Positions 1-15,279 of a stretch of 64,000 nt of DNA are shown here, one piece after another; within the stretch, counting starts at the first letter, position 1, and every line of letters starts with the position of its first letter. The notes beneath the pieces are model-generated. The model was not told where the DNA came from, made no database searches, and saw only the letters and a program-made list of their open reading frames with translations. The position numbers and the translations under genes are program-made. The DNA is from the human T2T-CHM13v2.0 reference genome, Homo sapiens: assembly GCF_009914755.1 (NCBI RefSeq), contig NC_060925.1; one strand, given 5' to 3'.

Positions 1-265
1 TATAATCCCAGCAACTTGGGAGGCTGAGAAGGATTGCTTGAGGCCAGGAGTTCACGACCAGCCTGGGTAACATAGTGAGACCCTATATCTAAGAAAACAG
101 AAAATTAGCTTGGTACAGTGGTATGCACCTATAGTCCGAGCTACTTGGGAGGCTGAGGTGGGAGGATCGCTTGAGCCCAGGAGTTTGCAGCTGTAGTGAG
201 CTGTGATTGTGCCATCATACTCTAGCCTGGGCAATAGAGTGAGACCCAGTCTCAAAATAAATTAA
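1..265 (+). mobile_element. AluJ (5' end outside window)
   Basis: Dimeric Alu with AluJ-type ggattgcttgagg / ggatcgcttgagcccagg. Confidence 0.9.
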
Positions 266-719
266 TTAAATCAATCGATCTATCTATAATCAATCAGAGG
301 ACCATATAAATACTTAGTGTTTTGTGGGGGTTTTTGTAGGTAGTATGGTAGAAAACATCTTTGGTCCAGTTCCTTCCACCCTACATAGGTAGGATACAAA
401 TAATCCTAACTGGACATAGTCACACTAATGGAATTTGCCTTCCCTAAGTATCTACCAACTAAAAGCAAAGAAAATGGACTCAGATAAGTGCTTTGTGTGG
501 CAAAAGGGCAGGTATTAGAACTTCTAGTGGATAATTAAAATTGATTATAAATTTATTTCCTCTCCTACAAACTTACCTATATTTACACCTTCTTTCTCAT
601 TCTTCATTCTCAAGTTTTAATTAAATGAGAATCTCTTGCAAGTGGGCCAGGCATTTATTTTTTCAAAGTTCCTCAAGGGATTTCAATGTGTAGCTAAAAT
701 TGAGAAACATTCTTGATCC

Positions 720-1390
720 TTCCCAAGACCTTCCACCATCACATGTATCCCCACTACCCTGTATCTTCAAGTTCTCCCTCTCTATTGGCTGTTTCTCCTT
801 AGGAAAGACTCAAGAATGTATGTGGCCTATTTTCCCAAATATCTTAACCCTGTGTTCTCTTTTAGTTGTTACTGTTTCATATTTTCCATCTCCTTTAATT
901 TGGTTTAATCTATTTTCCACATCTAGCCCTCTTCCTGAAATCACTCTTGCTAAGGTTATTAATTATCTAATTATCAGAAAGCACGAAACTTTTCAGGTCT
1001 TTTCTTCTGCTTGTATAATATGTTACACTTTTGGTCTTTTATAGAATTTCAATAAAAGTCTTTGCTTAGAATCTGTGATATCCCACTCCCTCTGGTACTC
1101 CTTCTGTCCTTCTCTTTATTCTTTCATAGTTGCTTTTACCTAGGTTGAAGTGTTAGCAAGGCCCAGGATTTGGTGTTTAGCCTTTTTTTGCTTTCAACCT
1201 ATACCTTCTTGGACAGTTTCATCTGTACCAGTTTTGTTTTGTTTTTCATCCTACTTGTGTTGACCCAGATCTATATTCCTAGCCTTAACCTTTCTGCAAG
1301 TACTTCAGATTCAACATATCAAAAAGTGAACCCACAATTCCTCCCTGAACTCATGATTTCTCCCTGGCAATGCCATCTTTTTCCTCTCCT
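720..1390 (+). mobile_element. Degenerate L2 RT-region fragment
   Basis: Resembles L2 consensus (ctgaaatcactcttgctaaggt; gcccaggatttggtgtttagcc; ccagatctatattcctagcc). Confidence 0.55.
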
Positions 1391-1532
1391 CTGATATCAT
1401 TTCCTTGAACAACGTATTTAACTTTTCTTATAGTGTGAGTCTGATGGTAATAATTTACCTTAGTTTTTCTTTACCTGAAAATGTCCTTATTTCATCATCA
1501 TTCTCGAAGGACATTTTTGTTGGATATGAAAT

Positions 1533-2131
<599 letters not shown>

Positions 2132-2435
2132 TGGATATGAAATTCTGGGTCAACAGCTTTTTTTTCCTTTCATTGCTAAAGTTGTTCCACTATCATCTCT
2201 GCTTTCATTGAGAACTCTGTGGTTGTTAAAATCATTTCCCTGTATATAATATGCTGTTTTTCCTGACTATTTTCAGGATTTTTTGTCTTTGGTTTCTAGC
2301 AGTTTGACTGTGGTATGTCTAGTCATGGTTCCCTTCACAGTTTTCCTGTTTGAGGCTTGTTTTAGCTTTTTGTATTTGTAAATTCCTTTTTACTGAATAG
2401 GAATTTTTCTATCATTTCTTGAAATACTTTTTCTG

Positions 2436-2742
<307 letters not shown>

Positions 2743-2884
2743 GAAATATTTTTTCTGCCTAATTTATTCATATTCTCTCTCCTCCCTGCTTCTTCTGTTA
2801 CCTTAATTACCCATATATATATTTTTTTTTTCAATTACTCATGTATTTGACTTTTCTAAATTATCCCATGCATCCTTGAGGTTT

Positions 2885-3205
2885 TGTTTTTTTTCAGTTA
2901 TCCTAAACTTAAGATAAAATGAACAAGCCATAAAATTCATCCATTTAAAGTACACGGTTTAGTGGTTTTTAGTTTATTCACTAAGTCGTGCAGCTATCAC
3001 CACAATCTAAATTTAGAATCTTTTCATCAGTCCAAAAAGAAACTTGAACGCATTAGCAGTACTTTCACCCATTCCTTCCAACCTTATACAACCACTATAG
3101 TAATTTCGGTCTCTATAGATTTGCCCATTATACACATGCATACAAATGGAATGATACAATATGTGGTCTTCTGTGACTGGCTTCTTTAATTTAGCCTAAT
3201 GTTCA
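2885..3205 (-). mobile_element. L1MB-type 3' fragment
   Basis: aaattcatccatttaaagtacac...atgtggtcttctgtgactggcttcttt. Confidence 0.65.
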
Positions 3206-3359
3206 GTTCTATTTTTCTCTCTCTTCTTCAAATTGAATGATTTCTATTAATTTGTCCTAAAGTTCACTTTCTCTATTTTCTCCAGCCTGTTCTTAGGCCT
3301 ATCCAGTGATTTTTTTTTTTAATTTCAGATACTGGTTTTCAGTTCTAAAATTTTCTTAT

Positions 3360-3883
3360 GTTTTTTTTAAGACAGGGTCTGGCACTGTTGCCCAGATTAG
3401 AGGGCAGTAGCATGATCATAGGCACATGCCACCATGCCTGGCTAATTTCTTTTTGTATTTTTTGTAGAGATGGGGTTTCACCCATGGTTGGTCTTGAACT
3501 TCTGGGCCCAAGGGATCTGTCAACCCCAGCCTCCCAAAATGCTGGGATTACAGGCATGAGCCACAGTGGCTGACCTTCATTTGTTTGTTTGTTTGTTTGT
3601 TTCCTGCTGAGATTTATCATCTTTTTATTGATTACAAGTGTATATATTTTTTTCTTCCTTTTTTTGTTTTTTGTTGTTGTTGTTGTTTGAGACAGGGTCT
3701 CACTCTGTCACCCAGTTTGGAGTGCAGTGGCGAAATCTGCTCACTGCAACCTCTGCCTCCCGGGCTCAAGTGATCCTCCCACCTCAGCCTCCCAAGTAGC
3801 TGAGGCTATAGGTGCATGCCACCACACCCAGCTAATTTTTGTATTTTTTGTAGAGATGGGGTTTCGCCATGTTGCCCAGGCTA
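3360..3883 (-). mobile_element. Two partial Alus (3360-3572; 3660-3883)
   Basis: Antisense Alu blocks with T-rich tails. Confidence 0.85.
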
Positions 3884-4549
3884 AGTGTACGTTTCTTTAA
3901 CTCATTTAACATGGTTATGTATCCTTTACAACCTTATCTGATAAATCAATATCTGGATTATCTTGGGATTGGCTTCCATTGATTTATTTTCCCTTGAGAA
4001 TTATTCGTTTTCCTGGCTCTTTGTAAGTCAAGTAATTTAAGATTATATTCAGGACATTGCGAGTGGTATGTTGGATTCTAGATTCTGTTATATTGCTTAG
4101 AAAAGAGTTGGTGTTCCTTTTTTAACAGGCAATTCACTTGTTTGGATCCAAATTGAAGACTGTCACACCTACAGGAGGGCAGTGGATCTTATCTCAATTA
4201 TTTTCTTTAGTTTAAGCCTCAGCTGCAAACTGCTTTCAGTTTCTCTTGCCCATATGGTACAGGGGTCAGCCAGAGACTTGGACTGAGTTTAAACACGGAA
4301 TCATGGGTTCCCTTTCTCTAACTGTCTCCAGGTTTTCCCCATCCCCTCACTCTCTGACTGTTCTTGTTGCTCCCAGTCTCCTTTTCCTTGTTCTTCTGGC
4401 TTGAAAGATGGCAGATTTTTTAATTTGCATTTTAGCTGCCTGGTATTAATGCTGCAACTTTGGCTGTCCTCAAGGTAAAACCACACACACAAAAAAAAAA
4501 AAAAACACCAAAAAACCCAGTAACTTAATCTCAGGCCAATCATTTGCTA

Positions 4550-4956
<407 letters not shown>

Positions 4957-7900
4957 TTAGGCGGAGTAAATTCCAACAAAAGGGGAAAAATGAACCCGAG
5001 TGACATTCTGTACAACCAAAGCTGTTAAAAGGAATGAATAGTGCCTGACACTTAAAAAGTGCTGAATTAGATGAATGGTTTCAACATGGCTGACTAGATG
5101 CATCTGGTACTCACCTCTTTCACAGAGTGGAACCAAAATAGTGAGATATTATAGTGACAGTGAGATCGTAGATAATCACCCTTCAAATAGATCATCTAAG
5201 AGAGAACACTGGGATTCAACAGAGAAGTGATAAGAAGCTCCGGAAGCAAGGAAGGAGAGAAAAGTAAAGCAGCCTGTTTGGCTGGGATCAGCTAGGAATC
5301 TGGAGAGGCTTCCTATGCAGGGACAGAGTAAGTGGGAGACCCCCAGCAGCCCAAATACCCACTGTGAACCCTAATAATAGCCATGGGAGACCCCTTGATG
5401 CTCACGGACCCTGAGACTAACATAGGGAGCTGCCTGGAGACTTCATGAAGGCATTGCTCCAGAGAGATATCATACTGGGTCCCACAAACCCTCAAGTCCT
5501 AAGCAGCTGTAACACTGATTTTCAGAGCCCAGCCCCCACCAGACTGTGTCCTGCCCTGCCACCCAGGCTGAATTGGGAGCCACACACAGCGACCTCATTC
5601 CCCTGAGTGGAGGGGCAGCTGCACATTTTCACACTCCCCAAGGACAAATTCCACTTCCTGCAACCACCACCACTCTGGGCTGCTGCAGGGCAGAGGTGTA
5701 AGCAAAACTCAGTCGTTTAACTGCCTGCCTATGGGTACTCCCAGGGAAAGCAACCCCACTCTGCATGTCAGTACTGCAGCATAGCTGCTGCTGCCCCTTA
5801 CCTGAGCATTCCACTGGAAGCCTGGGGATCACCCCACCCCTGCCTTCCATAGCCAGCACCTGCATGCACCACCAGGGTCACTGAGGGCAGTTCCACCTAG
5901 CCTGGCTTCATACACGCCACTACCCAAGCACACCCTCTGGGAGGCCTGAGGATTGCCCAGTTCAGTTCATCACCAGTGGTGCCTGAGCACTCCTCCTAGA
6001 GTCTAAACTTGGGCCTACTCAATCTGCTGCTACCACCATAGCTGGCACCAACCTGTACATGCAACCTGCAAGTCTAGGGACTGGCCTGCCCAACCTGTCA
6101 CAGCCACCGCCAACACTAGTACGGAACACTTGGGTTCCAGGGGATTTTTTCATCACTGCTACTGTCATCATCCACACCACTCCACACCTCCTGCCCAGGG
6201 GCTCAAGAATTTGCCCACCCACCTGGCCCACTGCTGCCATTTCCAATACCTGAGTAAGTCATCTGAAGGCCCAAGAATCTACCTGCCTGGATCCATTAAC
6301 ACCAGTGCCAGCGTATGCTGCCTTGGGGCCAAAGGACACACAGGCTCAGACCACTGCTGCCACCACTGGGGCCTGAAGACTGGCCCACCTGGTATTTCAA
6401 TTTCTGGCAAAACTTAACCAGTCTGCACTAAAAACCACACTCTAATCTACCAACGAAACCAGATACCAATGACTCTATGGCCAAAAGAAATGATAGAGAC
6501 TATGCTACTGCTTGCATCCAGAACCAAAGCCAAGTGTCCTCTCCAACCATCACCATAGATACATCTTCAGGAAAATGTTCTCCACTACAAACCAAATTCA
6601 AAAAATTGGAAAAAGCAACTGTTACACCAGGTGCACAAATATCAACATAAAAACACAGAGAAATCAAAAAGCAAGGATATGTGACACATCCAAAGGAACA
6701 CAGTAATTCTTCAGCAACAAATCCCAATCAAAAAGGAATTCTCAAAATCCTGGAAAAATGATCCAACATACTGATACTAAGGAAGCTCAGTGAGAGAAAA
6801 GAGAATTCTGAAAGACAATACAAAGAAACAGAAAAATAATTGAGGAAATGAATGAGGAATCTACCAAAGAGATAGGTATCATAAAATAGAGCTAAATTCT
6901 GGAACTACAGAATTCATTTAATGAAATACAAAATACCTTTGAAAGCTTCAACAATAGACTAGATCAAGCAGAAGAATCCCAGAACTTGAAGATGTTTTGA
7001 AGATCTTTTAAAATAACCTACTCAGACAAAAATAGAGAAAAAATAATAAACATGAATGACTAAAGCTTTCATGGCATATGGGACACTATAAAGTGGCCAA
7101 ATATATGAATTTTCAGTGTCCCAGAAGGCAAAGATAAAATGAAAGGGTTAGAAAGCCTATTTAACAAAATAATAGGTGAAAACTTCCCAAGTCTAGCAAG
7201 GGATTTATATATCCACATACAGGAGGCTCCAAGATCCCCACATGGATATAATTCAAAAAGGTTTTTTTTCCATGGCACATTGTAGTCAAACTCAAAAGTC
7301 AAAGACAAAGTGAAAATTCTAAAAGCAGAGAAAAAACATCTAGTCACCTATAAAAGAAACCCCATCAGACCTAACAGCAGATTTCTCAGCAGAAATCTTA
7401 TAGTTCAGGAGAGAATGAGATGATATATTCAACATGCTTAAAGAAAAAAAAAAAACCTGCCACCCAAGAATACTACACCCAGTAAAATTATCCTTCATAA
7501 ATAAAAGAGAAATAAAGTCTTTCCCAAACAAGCAAAAGCTGAGGAAATTAATCACCAGTAGATGGGCCGTACAGAAAATACTAAAAGGAGTCTTATACCG
7601 GGAAGTGAAGAGCAATATTTACTGTCATGAAAACACAAGAAAATATAAAAACTACTGGTAAGCAAACACACAAACAAGAAAGAGGAAAGGCTGAAATGTT
7701 ACCACTACCGAATACCATGAAACCATAATGATAAAAAGTACCAGAGAAAGGAAGGAACAAAGGATATACAGAACAACCAGAAGTCAATCAATAAAGTTAG
7801 GAATAAGCCTTCACATATCAATAACGTTGAATGTAAACATGTTAAACTTTCCATTTGAAAAGTACAGACTGGGCAAATAGACAAATGTGACCTAATTATA

Positions 7901-10534
7901 TGCTGCCTACAAGAAACGCATCTCACCTGTGAAGACAAGTATAAACTGAAAATAAAGGAATGTAAAAAGATACTACATGCAAATGGAAACCAAAAGCAAG
8001 CAAGAATAGCTATACTTACATCAGATAAAACAGACTTTATGTCAAAAGCAGTAAGAAGAAACGAAGGTTATTCTATGATGATAAATCAGTTCAGCCAAAG
8101 GATATATCAATTGTAAACATGTATATACCTAACACTGGAGCACACAGATATATAAAGCCAATACTATTAGATCTAAAGGGAGAGACTCCAGTGCAATAAC
8201 AGTTGAGGACTTCAGCCACCCCACTCAGCGTTAGACAGATATCTAGAAAGAAAATTGGATTTAAACTGCACATTAGACCAAATGGACCTAAGAGATATTT
8301 ACAGAACATTTCATCCAACAGCTACAGAATACACATTCTTCTCATCAGCAAACAGAATATTCTCCAAGCTAGACCACATGTTAAGACACAAAACAAGTCT
8401 CAACACATTTTTAAAAGTTGAAATAATATCAGGAATCTTCTCAGACCACAATGGAATAAAACTAGAAATCAACAACAAAAGGAAGTTTGGAAACTACAAA
8501 TACGTGGAAATTAGGCAGTATGATTATGAATGACTTGGGTAAAGGAAGAAATTAAGGAAATTTTTACAATTCTTGAAACAAATGAAAATTGAAACCCAAC
8601 ATACCAAAACCCATGGGATACAATAAAAGCAGTACTAAGAGGAAAGTTTATAGCAATACACACCTATACCAAAAAAGTAGAAAGACTTTAAAAGAATCTA
8701 ACAATGTACCTCAAGGAACTAGAAAAGCAAGAACAAACCAAACCCCAAATTAATAGAGGGAAATAATAAATAGCAGAGCCTAACTAAATAGAGACTTAAA
8801 AAAACAAGAAAAAGGGTCAACAAAACAAAAGGTTGGTTTTTGGAAAAGATAAACAAAATCAATAAGGTACTTGCTAGACTAACCACGAAAAAAAAGAAAG
8901 ATGGTCTTAAATAAAATCAGAAATGAAAAAGGAAACATTGCAACTGATAATACAGAAATACAAAAGATCATCAGAAACTATTGTGTACAACTATACACTA
9001 ACTAGAAAACCTAGAGGAAATGGATAGATTACAGGACACATGCAACCTACCAAGACTGAATCAGAAAGAACTAGGAAACCTGATCAAATCAATAGTAACA
9101 AGATCAAAGCAATAATAAAAAGTCTTCCAACAAAGAAAAGTTCAGGACCAGATGGCTTCACTGCTGAATTCTACCAAACTTTTAAAGAACTAACACCAGT
9201 TCTCAAACTATTCCAAAAATTGAAAAGGATGGGAATTCTCCCTAACTCATTCTACAAGGCCAGCATTATTCTGATACCAAAACCAGACAAGGACAAGGAC
9301 ACACACAAAAAAACTACAGAACATACGGACATAGATGCAAAAATCCTCAACAGAATACTAGCAAACTGAATTCAACAGCACATTAAAAAAAAAAAATACA
9401 CCATGATCAAGTGGGATTTATCCCAGGAATGCAAGAATAGCTCAATATAGACAAATCAATAAACATGATACATACGTCATCAACAGAATGAAGGACAAAA
9501 ACCATATGATCATTTTAGTAGATACAGAAAAATAATTCGATAAAATTCAGCATCTCCTCCGAATTAAAAAAAACCAACTAGGCATGGAAGGAACATATCT
9601 CAACATAAAAAGGCTGTATATGACAGACTCACAGTTAACACCACACTGAATCGAAAAAAGCTGGAAGCCTTTCCCTTGAGAACTGGAACAAGACAAGGAC
9701 GCACGCTTTTCACCACTCCTATTCAACATGGTACTGGAAGTTCTACCCAGAGCAATCAGGCCAGAGAAAGAAGTAAAAAGTATCCAAACTGGAAAAGAAG
9801 TTGTATTTTCCTTGGCTGATGTTATGATCTTATATCTAGAAAAACTTAAAGACTCTACAAAAAAAAAAAAAAAAAAAAAAAAACCTCAGATCTGATAAAT
9901 TCATTAAAAGTTGCAGAATACAAAATCAACATACAAAAAAAATAGCATTTCTATACATCAATAATGAATTAGCTGAGAGAGAAATCAGGAAGGCAATCCC
10001 ATTTACAATAGCTACAAAAAAATAAAACACTTAGGAATAAATTTAGCCAAAGAGGTGAAAGACCTCTATAAGGAAAAGTATGAAACCGATCAAAGAAATT
10101 GAAGAGGAGACAAATGGAAAGAGACCTCATGCTCATGGATGGGAAAAAATTATTATTTTTAAAATGGCCATACTACCCCAAGCAATCTACAGATTCAGTG
10201 CAATCCCCATCAAAATACCAACATCATTTTTCACAGAAGTAGAAAGAACAATCTTAAAATTTATGTGGAGCCAAAAAGAACCCAAATGCCAAAGCAATCC
10301 TAAGCAAAAAGAATATAGCTAATATAATAACTAAAACAGCATGGCATAAAAACAGACACAGAGACCAATGGAACAGAATAGAGAATTCAGAAATAAATCC
10401 ATATATTTACAGCCAATTGATTTTCAATAAAGGTGCCAAGAACCTACAATAAACGGTGCTGGGAAAACTGGGTATCCACATGCAGAAGAATGAAACTGTA
10501 CCTCTATCTCACTATATTAAAGAAAATCAAGATA

Positions 10535-10829
10535 GGCCAGACATGGGGCTCATGCCTGTAATCCTAGCACTTTGGGAGGCCAAGGCAGGTGGATTGCCTG
10601 AGCTCAGGAGTTCAAGACCAGCCTGGGCAACATGGCAAAACCCCACCTCTACTAAAATACAAAAAATTAGCTTGACGTGGTAGGCGCGCCTGTAGTCCCA
10701 GCTGCTTGGAAGGCTGAGGCATGAGAATCGCTTGAGCACAGGAGGCAGAAATTGCAATGAGCCAAGATAGCACCACTGCACTCCACCCTGGTTGACACAG
10801 TGAGACTCAGTCTCAAAAAAAAAAAAAAA
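10535..10829 (+). mobile_element. AluS within L1MA3
   Basis: TSD aaaatcaagat. Confidence 0.93.
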
Positions 10830-11145
10830 AAAATCAAGATGGAGTATAAAGACTTAAATGTAAGACCTGAAACAATAGAACTACTAGAAGAAAACATAGG
10901 GAAAACACTTCAGGATATTGGTTTAGGCAAAGATTTTATGGCTGGCCAAGAACTCAAAAGCACAGACAACAAGAACAAATAGATAAACTAGACTATACTA
11001 AACTAAAAAGCTTCTGCATGCCAAAACTTTTTGAATGGGAAGTATTTGCAAACTATTTATCTGATAAGGGAATAATATGTAGAATGTATACAAGGAACTC
11101 GAACAACTCAACAGTAGAAAAGACAAAATATTAAAAAGTAGGCAA

Positions 11146-11340
11146 ACACAGACTGGGCAATGTGCCAAAACTGTCTCTACAAAGAAATACAAAAAAATTA
11201 ACTGGGCATGGTGGTGTACTACTGTAGTCCCAGCTACTTGGTGGGGCTGAGATGAGAGGATCACTGAGCCCTGAGCGGTGATTACATCACTGTACTCCAG
11301 CCTGAGTGATAGAGTGAGATCCTGTCTCAAAAAAAAAAAA
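11146..11340 (+). mobile_element. Truncated old Alu within L1MA3
   Basis: Right-monomer-like sequence with A tail; flanking taggcaaa repeat. Confidence 0.8.
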
Positions 11341-12966
11341 AAAATAGGCAAAGACCATGAATAGACATTTCGCGAAAGAAGACATACAAATGGCCAACAG
11401 GTATGTGAAAAACTGCTCAACATGACTAATAACCACAGTGAGATATCATCTTAACCCAGTTAGAATGGCTATTATTAAACAAAACATGCTGGCAAGGATG
11501 TGGAGAAAAGAGAACTCTTGTACACTGTTGGTGGAAATGTAAATTAGTCCAGTCACTATGGAAAACAGTAAGATTTCTCAAAAAAAAAAAAAAACAAATA
11601 GAATTACCATTGATCTAGCAGTCTCATTATTGGGTATTGATTCAAAGACAAACAGTATATCAAAGGAATAACTGCAGTCACATTGTTGCAGCACTATTCA
11701 CAATAGCCAAGATATGGAATCAACCTGTCTATTAACGAACAAATAGAGTTTTTAAAAATGTAGTATATACACAATTGAATACTATTTGGCCATAAGGAAA
11801 TGTCATTCACATCAATATTATGTTAAACAAGCCAGGCACAAAAGATAAATTTCACATGTTCCCATTTATATGTGGGTGCTAAAACAGTATCATGGAGGTA
11901 GAGAGTAGAATGATAAATAACCAGAGGCTGGAAAGTGAGTGGGTGTGAGGGGGGAATGAAGAAAGGTTGCTTGATGGATACAAGCATAAAGTTAGATAGA
12001 AGGTGTAAGTTCCATTGTTCGATACCTGACTATTGTCACCTTACAAATTATTGTATATTTCAAGCAGCTAGAAGAGAGAACTTAAAATGTTCCCAGCACA
12101 TAGAAATGATGAATACAAGGTGATGGATACCCCAGATACCCTGACTTGATCATAACACATTCTATGCAGGCATCAAAATATCACATATACCCCATAAATA
12201 TGTAAAATACTATGTATCAGTAAGAAAAATTGCATGTTTTCATTCAGTTTCCACAGAGCCCTCAGGTAGCTGTTTTTGTGTTTTATCCCATGTACAACTA
12301 ATGCAAGTGGATTAGTTTAAGTGCTCACTCTTTCACACAGGAAGCAGGGTTTTTTTCTGGCTTAATTTTAAAGAATAAAACATTACAGATAAATTGAAGT
12401 TCTCCTATAGTGCCTTTTCCAATCCCATTGCATCCCAGGCAACCTCTTTAACAAACTTCATATGGATCTGGTCCATATTTTTATACTGAGCCAATACAGT
12501 TTAGAGGTTTGGAGTGTAAGCTCTGGATTCATACTGCCAGGAATACCTTTACAAGTTACTTATCCTCTCTGTGCCTCTCTTGGTACTTACCTAATAAGGT
12601 TGATAGCAAGGATTGAGATAATTTTTATAAAACACGCGGGATAGTAGCTAACATTTAGAATAAGAAGCACTCTGTATTTTGACTCTTGATTGTTATTCTT
12701 ATTACAACTGTACTATATATTTTATATGGGTTTTAAAAAATTTACAGAGGGGTGATTCTATGAAGTTTTGGTTCAACATTAGCATCTCAAGCTCTTCATA
12801 ATCCTTTTTCCTATTTGTTATTGAGCCATATATTTTTAAATGTTTGATCTCCAGTGACAGATACAGTACCTAGCACATAATAGATAGTCTACAAAATTTA
12901 AACTGAAATATATGTGTCATTGACTGGTTTTGTTAACCTCTTAATAATCTGTTTATTTCCCCACAG

Positions 12967-13032
12967 CTGTATTCTGTACGGGTGGAAGAGATGGCAACAT
13001 TATGGTCTGGGATACCAGGTGCAACAAAAAAG
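12967..13032 (+). CDS. DTL: DTL exon 6 (66 nt, phase 1-1): (A)VFCTGGRDGNIMVWDTRCNKK, containing the first WDxR/DWD motif
   Basis: Acceptor tttccccacag|CT, donor AAG|gttatc. Translation matches CDT2 WD40 sequence and stays in frame with exon 7. Confidence 0.96.
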
Positions 13033-13119
13033 GTTATCTAGATCTATTTTAATTTTGAGAGATTTGGGATTACCCTGTACTTAATTTTGAGTGAAAGAGT
13101 TAGTGATTTCATCTGATTA

Positions 13120-13133
13120 CCACCAGGGGGCAT
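13120..13133 (+). promoter_or_regulatory. CTCF core motif match
   Basis: CCACCAGGGGGCAT vs consensus CCASYAGRKGGCRS (13/14); occupancy unknown. Confidence 0.6.
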
Positions 13134-13199
13134 GTACTCATAATTTCCCATTTCTGCTCACTGTTCCAGATCTCAGGATCTTCACTGAGTGTCCTGAGT

Positions 13200-13249
13200 G
13201 ATAAATACATGAGTGTCACTGTTACAAGTATTACACTCATGTATTTATC
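13200..13249. repeat. Perfect 17-bp inverted repeat with 16-nt spacer
   Basis: GATAAATACATGAGTGT (13200-13216) / ACACTCATGTATTTATC (13233-13249). Confidence 0.95.
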
Positions 13250-13358
13250 TCATATTGTCTTCTGAATTATAATGCCATTTACCCACATTATTGATGGACT
13301 TAAAAATATTAATACGCAGCCTCACTGGTAAATGTCTTTATTTTGGTTTTTAAGAATT

Positions 13359-13692
<334 letters not shown>

Positions 13693-13880
13693 TGAATTAA
13701 ACATAAGCTCATGGTTGTCTCATGATGCTATTAAGCAGACGATGATTATCTCACTGTTCACTTTTAGTTAATTTATTAAAATTTTTTTTTGTGTCTGCAT
13801 TTTAAAAAATTGGTAACATAGTTCTACATATTTTCAGGGGTATATGTGATATCTTGATACATATATAGAACATGAAATGA

Positions 13881-14233
<353 letters not shown>

Positions 14234-14289
14234 CATTCTTCTAACTATTTTGAAATAAATAATAAAATTATTTAGAAAAATTTTAATAA

Positions 14290-14825
14290 ACCTTATTTTG
14301 TAGAGCAGTTTTAGGTTCACAGCAAAACTGAGCAGAAAGTACAGAGAGTTCCCATATAGCCCCTGCCCTGCCCACACACAGACTTCCCCACTGACAACAT
14401 CCTATGCCTGAGTGGTACATTTGTTATAATCAGTTAACCTATGTCAACACATGCTGTCACTCAGAGTTTATAATTTACATCAGTGTTATATATTCTTAGT
14501 ATTACACATTCTGTGGATATTGACAAATGTGTAATGACATGCGTCCACCATTGTAGCATCATACACAATAGTTTCACTACTCTAGAAATCCTCTGTGCTC
14601 CAGTTATTCATCCCTACCTCCCTCTAAGCCCTGGCAACCACTGATCTTATTACTTCCCCCAGTCACATTTCCTCCATGTCATTTTATGGCTTTATCAAGC
14701 TCATTTCTTTCCAGTGCTGAATAATATTCCATTGTCTGGATGAACCAAAGTTTATCCATTCACCTACTGAAGGACATCTTGGTTGTTTCCAAGTTTTGGC
14801 AATTATTAAAGCTGTTATAAACATC
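14290..14825 (-). mobile_element. L1MC-type 3' fragment
   Basis: tagagcagttttaggttcacagcaaaactgagcagaaagtacagagagttccca motif. Confidence 0.7.
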
Positions 14826-14999
14826 TCTCCCTTTTTATACATTATAGTCTCACCACAGGAGATGTAGTGCAGCTGGCTCTGCTGGCTTCTAATTTCACCA
14901 ACTTGGTCAAAAATTACTTAATATTGAAGTTTTATTTACACATGTTATATTCAACATGTAAGAATCCTGAAACCTAAATTTCCTTGGAATATCTTTCAG

Positions 15000-15112
15000 A
15001 TGGGTTTTATAGGCAAGTGAATCAAATCAGTGGAGCTCACAATACCTCAGACAAGCAAACCCCTTCAAAACCCAAGAAGAAACAGAATTCAAAAGGACTT
15101 GCTCCTTCTGTG
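15000..15112 (+). CDS. DTL: DTL exon 7 (113 nt): (D)GFYRQVNQISGAHNTSDKQTPSKPKKKQNSKGLAPSV, with basic NLS-like KPKKK
   Basis: atctttcag|AT ... GTG|gtaagg; frame continuous with neighbours. Confidence 0.97.
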
Positions 15113-15279
15113 GTAAGGTTTTACAGATGTATACATGTGTGCAGATCTTATCTGTAGGATAGAATAAATGGGAGGCTATTGATTAAGTGAATGAGAATCT
15201 TCATGATTCTCATTTGATATCAGTGGTTTATTGCTTATTCAGTACCTACATTTGTGGTTCTCAAATTTTAATTTTTGGT

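Larger units (their letters stand above)
5070..12224 (+). mobile_element. Near full-length, decayed LINE-1 (L1MA3-like): 5'UTR, ORF1 and ORF2 remnants, 3'UTR
   Basis: 5' end with YY1-like caacatggc (5082-5090); ORF1 remnant PRILHPVKLSFINKREIKSFP; ORF2 remnants [43 protein letters not shown]; L1MA-type 3' end; many stops and frameshifts. Confidence 0.9.

Noticed and set aside
13033-13040. Exon 6 donor GTTATCTA as a U12-type site
   Set aside because: U12 donors read RTATCCTT; this does not match and is better seen as a weak U2 donor.
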